NCBI GenBank assembly: GCA_963789055.1
Contig: CAWBJE010000001.1
Span: forward strand, 10,495 to 74,494
Direction of reading: 5' to 3'
DNA from: an uncultured Verrucomicrobiae bacterium
GTDB taxonomy: Bacteria; Verrucomicrobiota; Verrucomicrobiia; Limisphaerales; UBA11358
DNA: 64,000 nucleotides
The notes beneath the pieces were generated by a model. The model searched no databases and had not been told where the DNA came from. It saw nothing but the letters and a program-made list of their open reading frames with translations. The translations under genes and the position numbers were made by a program. Below, piece after piece: positions 1 to 9,242 of this stretch; the stretch's first letter is position 1; every line of letters starts with the position of its first letter.

Positions 1-35
1 AACAGTCTTATTCGGACAAACTCACTTTGTCATTG

Positions 36-134
36 GATGTCTTGTGACGGGTAAAGCCAAAGTCCGAAGGCCATGTCCCTTCCCGCCCGCCTGACTTCGC
101 GGGCATGATGCGCCCCGGCCATGACCAGTCAACC
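36..134 (-). repeat. Copy 1 of a ~99-bp duplicated promoter/leader element
   Basis: 64-134 matches 1527-1597 at 66/71 nt, with weaker similarity extending to 36/1499. On the minus strand it reads TTGACT-N16-CATCAT followed by a GC hairpin. Confidence 0.85.
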
Positions 135-254
135 CCTTTTGGTTTGTCCGTGGCCGGGTGAGTAAATTTTTACGCCAAGGCGCGAAGGTCTGAATCGAAA
201 ATCATTTCAGAAAAACCAAGCCACCGTCCCGCAACCGGTTGCGGAACCGACCAA

Positions 255-1442
255 TCAACCATTTGTCCGCAGTTCCGCAAGGAAGTCAGGCCATGGCAGC
301 GCCCGCACTCCGGGGGCCACGGCCTGAACACGGCTTCCCGCTTTCGGCGCCTGATGAACGAGAAAAAGATTCACGCCGGTTCCCTTTGGCCGTTTCCGTT
401 TCATCGCCTCGGCGAGCCGCTGCATCGGTGCGGCCATCGCGGGAACCACCGTTCGCCCCGCCTTGCATTCCACCAGAGCAAGGGAACCTCCCCGGCCCGG
501 CACCACAAAATCCACTTCCAGCCCCTGCTCGTCGCGGAAATAATACAACTCGCGCCGCTGACCGGCATTGATCTGGGCCTTCACCATCTCCGCCGCCAGA
601 AAACCCTCGAACAACGCGCCGGCAAACGGCGACCGATCCAGTTCCGCCGCCGAATCAATGCCCAGCAAGTGGCAGGCGAGGCCGGAGTCTGCCAGATACA
701 CCTTGGGCGACTTGATTAGGCGTTTGCCGAGATTTTCGTAGAACGGCGGCACGACCAGAATCTGCGCCGTCGTCTCCAGCACGTTGAGCCACTGCGCAAT
801 CGTTGGCACACTTACTCCCAATGGCGCTGCCAAGTCGGTTTTGTTAAGCACCTGCCCGTGGCGGCTGGCCAGCAACGCCAGAAACCGCCGGAAGGTCGCA
901 AGATCTTTCACCGCCGTAACAGCCCGCACATCCCGTTCGAGGTAGGTCTGCACATAAGACGCAAACCAAAGCCGCGCGTTGCCTGGACGCGCCACCGCCT
1001 CGGGGTAACCGCCGCGCAACAGGCCTACTTTGGGACTTTCCCGGGATGACAGCGGAAAAAGTTGCAGCACCGCCGCGCGACCAGCCATGGACTCCGATAC
1101 ACCCCGCATCAGCGGGGCTTCCTGCGACCCGGTGAGCAACCACTGCCCCGTGCGCCTTGGTTGCCGGTCGATCCGGGAGCGCACGAAGGCAAACACCTCC
1201 GGCACGTGCTGAACCTCGTCGAGGATGGCAGGCGTCTTCACGGCATCCAGAAACCCCTGCGGATCGGCCCGCAGCCGCGCCACCAGGTCGGGATCCTCCA
1301 GCAGAAAATAGCTGGCCTTGGGAAAAAGATGCTGCAACAGCCAGGTCTTTCCGGCCCGGCGCGGCCCGGTGAGCACTACTGCCGGAAAGCCTTTCAGGGC
1401 GCGCAGGACCTGCCTTTCCAGTTCTCGATGGACGTATCGCAT
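255..1442 (-). CDS. AAA+ ATPase, AAA_14 + DUF4143 family
   Basis: Walker A GPRRAGKT, Walker B ILDEVQ, LTGS, GGYPE, KSPKVYLADSG, C-terminal EVDFV..ECK restriction-nuclease-like motif. Confidence 0.9.
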   Translation of the reverse strand: MRYVHRELERQVLRALKGFPAVVLTGPRRAGKTWLLQHLFPKASYFLLEDPDLVARLRADPQGFLDAVKTPAILDEVQHVPEVFAFVRSRIDRQPRRTGQWLLTGSQEAPLMRGVSESMAGRAAVLQLFPLSSRESPKVGLLRGGYPEAVARPGNARLWFASYVQTYLERDVRAVTAVKDLATFRRFLALLASRHGQVLNKTDLAAPLGVSVPTIAQWLNVLETTAQILVVPPFYENLGKRLIKSPKVYLADSGLACHLLGIDSAAELDRSPFAGALFEGFLAAEMVKAQINAGQRRELYYFRDEQGLEVDFVVPGRGGSLALVECKAGRTVVPAMAAPMQRLAEAMKRKRPKGTGVNLFLVHQAPKAGSRVQAVAPGVRALPWPDFLAELRTNG

Positions 1443-1498
1443 GAATGAGTTTTTTAAACTGTCACTTTAGAATTCTCAAGCATTAATTTGGTCCTTCC

Positions 1499-1597
1499 GA
1501 TGTCTTTTGCCGGGGAATGCCAAAGACCGAAGGCCTCGTCCCTTCCCGCCAGCCTGGCTTCGCGGGCATGATGCGCCCCGGCCCTGACCAGTCAACC
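1499..1597 (-). repeat. Copy 2 of the duplicated promoter/leader element, upstream of the ATPase gene
   Basis: Direct repeat of 36-134 at an offset of 1463 bp. Confidence 0.85.
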
Positions 1598-1630
1598 AAT
1601 TTTGAAACCTCTGAAAAACTCCCTTTCATC

Positions 1631-1704
1631 GTAGCGGCGGTCGGCAGACCGCCGCATTTCTCCAGCAGATTGAAGAGTGCGGCTCTCTGCCGAGAAGCCG
1701 CTAC
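1631..1704. repeat. GTAG-terminated palindromic REP-like repeat
   Basis: GTAGCGGC...GCCGCTAC termini with internal hairpins. A related copy lies at 11167-11239. Its CTA supplies the stop codon of the radical SAM gene. Confidence 0.8.
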
Positions 1705-3350
1705 GCCGGTTTGGCTTCGGGCAGTTGGGAGGTGAAGATTTTTTCGCCGGCGACCTGGCCGGCGGCGCCGCGAAATCTGGCCCGTTCCCGGACTTCCTTT
1801 CTGGCCCCGAACCCGGACCACAATCGCATCAGGGCCGGCTTGAAGAAAAACTTGATGACGCCCCATTCGCCGCCAAACAGGTAGCCCAAAAAGCCGCGCA
1901 CCATTTTCAGGAATTCGAACAGGGCCGCCACCCGGTACGGCAATGAGACCGGACTCAGCCGCCGGACGGGCCTCCACAACAGGCAGGCAATCGCCCAGCG
2001 CGGCGCATTGGCGGAAACGGCCGCGAAAACCCCGTTGAGATAATTGCGCTTCGGAAGCAACTGGCTGGAACGGTAAACCTGATTCAGGTCATCAACGATC
2101 AAACCCTCTTCTTTCGCCCGCTGGTAAAGGTCGGTGCCCGGATACAACGTCAGCGAGAACATGGCAATGTTGAACGGCTTCGACAATTCGGTGCAAAGGC
2201 GGATGCTGGCTTCGAGGTCCTCGGCGGTTTCCCACGGGTTGTCGAGAATGAAATCGTAGCGCACCAGGATTTGCTTTTTCAGCTTCTTCCCGGCCTGTTT
2301 GATGCAGCGGCTGGCGGAAATCACCTCCGGCAGCGATTCGGGCCGGCGATAAAGTTTTTTAAAGATGCGCTCGCTGCCGGATTGCACGCCCACGCACAGG
2401 TGATAAAGGCCGGCCTCGGCCAGGGACTTTATTTTTTCATCCGTCACCGAGCGGGGAGTGGTCAGCAGGAAGAAGGGCAGGCCGATTTGTTCCCGGTATT
2501 TGGTCGTGAATTCGTTCAACAGTTCAACCGGCTGCGCCATGAACGCGTCGTCGGTGAAACTGATCGTGCGCAAGTTTGGCATGAGTTTGACCACCGCCTT
2601 CAGCTCGGCCAGCCGGTTTTCCACGCTCCGCCAGCGCACGCGCAATTTACGCTGGTAAAGATTGCGCAACGCGTTGTTGCAGCAATACGTGCAGACGTAG
2701 GGACAACCGCGGGAAAACATCGCCGAATAGCAGTAATCCAGACATTGCGCCAGCAATTGGCTGTTCAGTTGCGTCAGCTTGCCTTCGTAGAGGACGTATT
2801 GATGCTCCAGTTCGCAATCGGGGATCGGGATTTGATTAATGTCCTCAATCAACGGACCGGCCGCGCAGTTGGTCGTCTGCCGGTCGGAGCGTTTCAGGAT
2901 GCCCGGCACGGTCAATGACTCCCATGGTTTGCCGCTGTCCATCTCTTTGGCCAACTGGCTGAGGCCGAGTTCGCCTTCGCCCACGCAGACCAGGTCCGCG
3001 TGGTCCAGACATTCCAAGGGCCGGATGCAAGCATGGATGCCGCCCCAGATGACGGGCGCGGACAATTTCCCGTGCAGATAGCGGGTGATGTGAACGGCAT
3101 TGTCGAAATGGCACGTCATCAGGGAAATGCCAACCAGATCAGCCGTCTGGCACAATTCCGCGATTTGCTCGAGAACCGATTCGGGATAGGGGTAGAGGAA
3201 CGAATTGGCCGAATCCAATTTCTTGTCGGTATAATGCCAAGGCAGATAAACCAACGCGGTCTCATGCCCTTGCGCCCGCAGGTAGGCGGAAAGGTAGCGG
3301 GGGCTGGGAATGAAAACATCCTCCGCCAATGAAATCAGGACAAATTTCAC
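1701..3350 (-). CDS. Cobalamin-binding (B12-dependent) radical SAM protein
   Basis: VIWGGIHA and CVGEGE B12-domain motifs; SRGCPYVCTYCCN CxxxCxxC. Probable GTG start at 3350 after an AAGGAAGGA SD; the upstream extension in the ORF track is repeat-derived. Confidence 0.88.
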   Translation of the reverse strand: MKFVLISLAEDVFIPSPRYLSAYLRAQGHETALVYLPWHYTDKKLDSANSFLYPYPESVLEQIAELCQTADLVGISLMTCHFDNAVHITRYLHGKLSAPVIWGGIHACIRPLECLDHADLVCVGEGELGLSQLAKEMDSGKPWESLTVPGILKRSDRQTTNCAAGPLIEDINQIPIPDCELEHQYVLYEGKLTQLNSQLLAQCLDYCYSAMFSRGCPYVCTYCCNNALRNLYQRKLRVRWRSVENRLAELKAVVKLMPNLRTISFTDDAFMAQPVELLNEFTTKYREQIGLPFFLLTTPRSVTDEKIKSLAEAGLYHLCVGVQSGSERIFKKLYRRPESLPEVISASRCIKQAGKKLKKQILVRYDFILDNPWETAEDLEASIRLCTELSKPFNIAMFSLTLYPGTDLYQRAKEEGLIVDDLNQVYRSSQLLPKRNYLNGVFAAVSANAPRWAIACLLWRPVRRLSPVSLPYRVAALFEFLKMVRGFLGYLFGGEWGVIKFFFKPALMRLWSGFGARKEVRERARFRGAAGQVAGEKIFTSQLPEAKPA

Positions 3351-3608
3351 AACGCGTTCCTTCCTTAGCTGGCGGGAAACAGCCGGATTGGATTTCCTAA
3401 CATAAAGTATAATCTTATACCCGCTGAACGGCGCAAAATCAAGCTTGAAAGCGGGTTGGACCAGAAGATTGCACACGCTTGCGGCAGCGCATTCATCCCG
3501 AAATTTCGGCTTTGCCCGTCCGTGTTCATCCGAGTTCATCCGTGGTTGAATCTTTTCTGTCTAAAAAACCGGATTGCCGTCCGGCCCGGATTCGACCATA
3601 ACTCTTCC

Positions 3609-5135
3609 ATGCTAGCCCGGGTCTGTTCCGCCGCGCTCAACGGCATTGAGGCGTATCCTGTCGAAGTCGAAGTCAACGCCGGTTATGGCGACACCCTCGT
3701 CGTCATCGTCGGCCTGCCGGATGCCGCGGTGAAGGAATCCCGCGACCGCGTTTCCACCGCGCTCACCAATTCCGGGTTCAAATTCCCGATGGGCCGCACG
3801 ACGATCAATCTCGCGCCCGCCGACGTGAAGAAGGAAGGTCCGAGCTTCGACCTGCCCATCGCCGTCGGCATGCTCGCCGCCAATGAACAAATCGAAACCG
3901 ACCAGCTCGATAATTTCATCATCGTGGGCGAACTCGCGCTGACCGGTGCGGTGCGTCCGTGCAAAGGCGTCCTGCCCGTCGCCCTGCGCGCCAAGGCCGA
4001 CGGCAAAATCGGCGTGCTCGTTCCGGCAGAAAACGCCGCCGAAGCCGCCGTCGTGGAAGGATTGCAGGTCATCCCCGTTCAAAACCTCCGCGAAGCCGCT
4101 AGTTTTCTGGAAGGTGAAATCAAAATTGCGCCGGCCAAAGTGGACACCGCCAAAATTTTCGATCAGGCGCACGACGACGACCTGGATTTTGCCGAGGTGA
4201 AGGGCCAGGAAAACGTGAAGCGCGCGCTGGAAATTGCCGCCGCCGGCGGTCACAACGTGCTGCTCATCGGTCCGCCCGGCACGGGCAAATCCATGCTCGC
4301 CAAACGGCTGCCCACCATCCTGCCGCCGCTCACGCTCGACGAAGCGCTGGAGACCACCAAAGTCCACAGCATCGTCGGTTTGCTCGTGGCGGGCCAGGCG
4401 CTGGTGACGCGGCGTCCGTTCCGCGCGCCGCATCACACCGCGAGCGACGCGGGCCTGCTCGGCGGCAACGTCAATCCCACACCCGGCGAAATTTCGCTGG
4501 CGCACAACGGCGTGTTGTTCCTCGACGAATTGCCCGAGTTCAAACGCAGCGTGCTGGAAACCATGCGCCAGCCGCTCGAAGAAGGGCACGTCACCATCTC
4601 GCGCGCCGCCGGCACGATGACGTTTCCGTCGCATTTCATGCTGGTGGCGGCGATGAACCCGACGCCGGACGGCAAGATGCCCGGCGAATCGCGCTGTTCG
4701 CCGCGCGAAATCCAAACTTATCTCGGCCGTGTGTCTGGGCCGCTGCTCGACCGCATTGATTTGCACGTGGAAGTGCCGCAGGTGAAGTTCCGCGAAATCT
4801 CCGGCGACCACAATGGCGAGGCGTCCGCCGCCGTGCGTGACCGCGTGGTGACCGCGCGCCGGCGGCAGTACGCGCGGTTCGCGCACAAGCGGAAGATCAC
4901 CTGCAACGCACTGATGGGGCCGAAAGAACTGAAAGAATTCTGCGCGTTGGACGAAGGAACAAAGGAATTGCTCAAGAACGCGATGGCCGATTTAAATTTG
5001 AGCGCCCGGGCCTACGACCGGATTTTAAAGGTGGCACGGACGATTGCGGACTTGGCCGGGAGCGAAAAAATTCTGAGCGACCACATTTCCGAAGCGATTC
5101 AATACCGCACGCTCGACCGGCAGATTTGGGGATAG
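3609..5135 (+). CDS. comM: YifB/ComM Mg-chelatase-like AAA ATPase
   Basis: VGLPDAAVKESRDRV, NLAPADVKKEG, GPPGTGKSMLA, GEISLAHNGVLFLDELPEF, SGPLLDRID; start at MLARV. Confidence 0.95.
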   Translation: MLARVCSAALNGIEAYPVEVEVNAGYGDTLVVIVGLPDAAVKESRDRVSTALTNSGFKFPMGRTTINLAPADVKKEGPSFDLPIAVGMLAANEQIETDQLDNFIIVGELALTGAVRPCKGVLPVALRAKADGKIGVLVPAENAAEAAVVEGLQVIPVQNLREAASFLEGEIKIAPAKVDTAKIFDQAHDDDLDFAEVKGQENVKRALEIAAAGGHNVLLIGPPGTGKSMLAKRLPTILPPLTLDEALETTKVHSIVGLLVAGQALVTRRPFRAPHHTASDAGLLGGNVNPTPGEISLAHNGVLFLDELPEFKRSVLETMRQPLEEGHVTISRAAGTMTFPSHFMLVAAMNPTPDGKMPGESRCSPREIQTYLGRVSGPLLDRIDLHVEVPQVKFREISGDHNGEASAAVRDRVVTARRRQYARFAHKRKITCNALMGPKELKEFCALDEGTKELLKNAMADLNLSARAYDRILKVARTIADLAGSEKILSDHISEAIQYRTLDRQIWG

Positions 5136-5206
5136 CTGTTTGCGCGTGCGAAAAGTCATTTCTGGTTTATACTCCACTTCGTGTCAGTTAAGACTAACGA
5201 ACCTGC

Positions 5207-8200
5207 ATGAACTGCCCGGCCATCCCCGCCGTTGACGTGCCTCGCAATCCCAAAGCCGCGCGCAGACAATTCCAATTTGTTTTCAGCCTGATCCTCCTGC
5301 TCAACCTGCGGCTGAGCGTCTTCCCGGCCAACGCCGCCGATGAAAATGGGCGGCTCTTTTATCTCTCCGGCGAGAAAGGCACGACTGCCGATTTCTCCGC
5401 CGGCGGCACACCGGAACCCAATTTTGACAAGGAAATCACGCGCATCCCCGACGGCGCGAAGGGCGCGGCGTTGCAATGCGGCGACATGCAAAGGCTCAGT
5501 TGGTGGGCGCCCGGCAATATCTATGCCCAGCGCGGCACGCTCTCCTTTTTCTGGCGCTCGCGGTATCCGGTCGGCCCGACGGAATTTCCCATCTTCCGCG
5601 TCGGGTACGGTGATCATTCGAGCTGGGACATGGTCTGGCTGCGCATTGATTACAACGGCCACGGCTTCGACGCTTTCGTGACGGATGCCAGCCTCGCCCG
5701 CACCCGCGTATCGGTAGCCGTACGGCCGTTCCCGCAACCGAATCAATGGACACACCTGGCGATTTCCTGGGATGAAACGCGCGGCATCCGATTTTACGTC
5801 AACGGCAAACTTGCGGCGAAGAATGAAACCACGGCCGTTTATAACACCGCGCTCGACCAGTTCGGTCCGCATTCGCGCATCGTCAGCCCGTGGAACGTCA
5901 CCAGCGATTACAACTTCATTCGCGGCGGCGACATTGACGAAATCCGGATTTACGACCGGATGCTCAGCGATGAAAACGTCGCCACGCTCGCCCAGGGCGA
6001 TGCGGTAACCGGCCTCTCGCCGTTGCCGGCCCGCGATCTCAACGATTCCCGCTGGCGCGACGAATGGTGGCTGCGTTACGGCTGGAGCCGCACGAACGAG
6101 CCGCCGCCTTACTACGCCGGCGAAGCGCTGGCGGTGCGCAAAGTCGAGATTCACGACGCCTACGACCTCAAACGCTGGTGGTGGAAGGCGTGCGATGGTA
6201 TTCGTGAGACGACCTGGCCCGGCGTTTACAACCGTTCGCGCCTGCCCGGCCGCAATGATTATTTCCAGTTGCCCGATTGGGATTGCTACGTCCAGTCCGG
6301 CCAGGCCATCACGTTCGTTATGCCCGATGAGCCGTGGAATCACCTCGAAATTTCCGGGGCGGCCTGGGGCAAAATGGAATTGCTGAAGCCAGATGCCGCG
6401 AACGACGATCCGGCTGAGTCGGTGCTTTTCGAGCGCCCGCAAGGCCGGGAAAAAACCGTGAACCAGTTGGCGCCCCATACCGGCGGGAAAATCCGGTTCA
6501 CCAACGTCGAACAGGAGGAGCCCATCGGCGAACTCGTCGCTTACAATGTCACCGCCGGGCACGAACCCGCCGGCAGCGCCAAGTTGGCTTATCGTCTCGC
6601 TGATGTCGCGCCTGCCGACGCCAGCCTCGACTCAGTGGTGAAATATCATCAACGGCCGTTTCGAGCCTGACGAACGCGCGATGCTGGTCGCCCAGCCGAC
6701 CAATTCCGCCGCCCACGGTTTCCGCCGCCACGCCGGGCGCGCTGCCGGTCGTTCAGATTTTGGTTCCGGACAACTGGGACGAACTCACCGATGGGCTCGA
6801 TGGCGTCGCCCTGGATTTGCCGGCGCTCAATCTGAAGCCGACGCACGGCGGGTTCATTCCGCTCAACATTCAGGTCAAAGATCCGCTCTGGCCGATGCGC
6901 AACATGTGCGATTTCACCTTCAGCATGAAACCGGGCGAGGCCAAAACGCTCTGGCTGGACCTGCGCGACCGGCTGTTGCCGAAAAGCAAGGGGCTTTGGA
7001 TTTCCATCGCCGCCGCCGGAGCCGATTTCAACCGGGCGCAAATCAGCGGCCTGCAACTCCGTTTGGTGTTCAAGCCCCGCGAAGCCGCCCGCGCCGAGCA
7101 CGAGCTTGACCGCTTTACCCAGGTTCGCGACTGCTACGCCATGCTCATCGAGGAACGTCCGCACAGCTCCAAATACAATCTTTGGAACCGTTTCCAGGCC
7201 GACCTCAACGACCTGTTGCGCGTCAATCCAGACCATTATCTTGGCCGCATTTACGCCGCCATGGGAGCCGGCGCGCCGCGGCCGCCGTATCACCAGCCCG
7301 AACCGCCCGCGGGTGTGCCGTTGTGGGCGTTCCGGCAGATGCGAATTGCTTGGCCGCGTGAAACATTTCGTCTGCTGGTACATTGACAATCGCCAGGTCC
7401 CGTTCGGCGACTTCGGTGGCGGCATTTCCGATGACGTTGACCTGCTGAATTCGTGGCCGGGCGTCGCGCTGATGGGGTGTGAGCCGGACAAGATCAAGAC
7501 ATTCGCTGCACGCCCTGCTCGAGGCGGCGTTCAACAACGGCATGTTCACCGAAGGCCTTTCGACCATCCAGGCAGACGAGTTGCACGGATACGAGGAAGG
7601 CATTGACTGCCTTGGCGCGAACCTGATTCTCGACTATGGCAACCCGAAACAGCTCGAACGCGCTATGAACACCCAGCGCGCCATCGCCGGCATTACCGGC
7701 ATCAATGCCGCCGGCCACCGCCATATCCGCACTTCCAATTACAACGGCAAAAAAATGGCCACTGAGGATCCGTGGGGTTGCGCGAAGGATTATTCCTACC
7801 TGGTGCTGCAGCCCGGCCAGTTGCTCGTGGAATACAATGACAATCCGTCGGCGAAGAAAATTCTCCTCGAACTCGCCGACGGCTTGCTCGCGCACCGTTA
7901 TCTGGACAAGGACGGCAGTTACAATATTGCCGACCGCGATTCATTTCACGGATGACAAGGATTATCCCTGGCCCCGCCATTATTTCGCGTGGCCGCTGTT
8001 TTGGACCGCCTGGAAATGGACCGGCGACCGCAAATACCTCGACCCGATTTTTGATTTCGGCACCACCGGCATCATGACGGTGAACGCCAATCTGCTTGAC
8101 CTGTTGAACCTGCGCAAAGATTGGGGCCCGCGCATCCTTGCCGGCGAACGCGGTCGCCCCGTTGACACCCACGAAGGACGGCATGAGCGGCGGCAACTGG

Positions 8201-9066
8201 GCGGGCGAGTTACCGCAATTCTTCCCCGGAACACTTCCAATGGCAGCTCACCGGCGACAAGCGGTACCTGGAAAAACTCTACGCCGCACAGATTGAAGAC
8301 TGCGATCTGCTCGATTACCTCAACACCGAGGGCAGTCTCGTGGATTGATCGTGTCGGCGTGCCCAGTGCCGACCTCCAACGGGAGCGATTGGGCGGCATT
8401 GCCCTGTTGCGCAACGCCACGTTCCCCGGCCACGCCGTGAGCTGGCGATTCGACGCGCCCGCCAACGACCAAAGCGTGGCCATCCTGATTCCCGACGCCA
8501 CCGCTACCGGATTCAAGGTGATTGTCTATAATCTCGAAATGACACCGGTCCACGCCACCATGACCGGCTGGAACATCGACCCCGGCGTCTGGGAAATCAC
8601 GCAAGGCATTGACACGAACGGCGATGACGTCGCTGAAATCGAGCTCACCAGCCGGACCAACGTTTTCGAACGGTCGGCAAGTCTCGATTTCACCTTCGCG
8701 CCGCGGGCGACAACCGTACTGACGCTCAAACTCAAGAAGCCCGGCACGCCTTACTGACAGCGACCCGACCTCGGCATCAGCCGGGAAGACGTGCAAGCGA
8801 ACGGGCGCAAAGTGCGTGTGCGCGTCCACAGCCTCGGGGCCGTGCCGTCGCCTGCAACCACGGTGGCCTTCCGCAATCGCGCCGGGGAAATCATCGCCAC
8901 CACAAAACTCGGCCCGCTGCCCGCGCCGGTTGATTTGCAGCCGAAGACAAAGGAGGTGACGCTCACGCTGCCCGTCGGCGCCGACACCACCGGCGGGACG
9001 GTGGAGATTGATCCCGACCGTCAGCTTGAGGAAATCACCCGGCTCAATAATGCCGCGAAGCTTTGA
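5207..9066 (+). pseudogene. Large secreted LamG/concanavalin-jellyroll protein (~1280 aa), split by several frameshifts and one in-frame TGA
   Basis: Signal peptide; LamG motifs WTHLAISWD..YVNG and GDIDEIRIYDRMLS. Consecutive pieces at 5207, 6760, 7479, ~7930 and 8758 continue one protein. In-frame TGA at 8755 (PY*QRPDLGI). Confidence 0.7.
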
Positions 9067-9093
9067 TACGGAAGGGAGATATTGTCCTGATTT

Positions 9094-9148
9094 GTAGGCG
9101 ACGAGGTGACGAGTCGTTTGGGCCAGCACTCCTTACGTCGTGCCCTAC
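9094..9148. repeat. GTAG-type palindromic repeat
   Basis: GTAGGCGACGAGGTGACGAG...CTCCTTACGTCGTGCCCTAC; related to 30416-30490 and 37979-38049. Confidence 0.7.
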
Positions 9149-9242
9149 AACCAAATCAGGACACTGCGGGCGGGATGGCAACTTGCCTTCCGGACACCTT
9201 TGCCGGCATGCTGTGCGCATGCCTGTCAAATCGCGCAATTGC

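Noticed and set aside
3351..3608. N-terminal extensions of the radical SAM and comM ORFs
   Set aside because: They run through divergent promoters and an ATCCGTGTTC tandem repeat; better starts exist at 3350 and 3609.
3612..4886. Long antisense ORFs (also 5156-6562, 18958-20052, 20833-21951, 52639-54372)
   Set aside because: Shadow frames of recognisable genes in GC-rich DNA, with no motifs of their own.
8755..8757. In-frame TGA as selenocysteine or TGA reassignment
   Set aside because: The context suggests a TGG-to-TGA change in an error-rich gene, and TGA is used as a normal stop elsewhere in the window.
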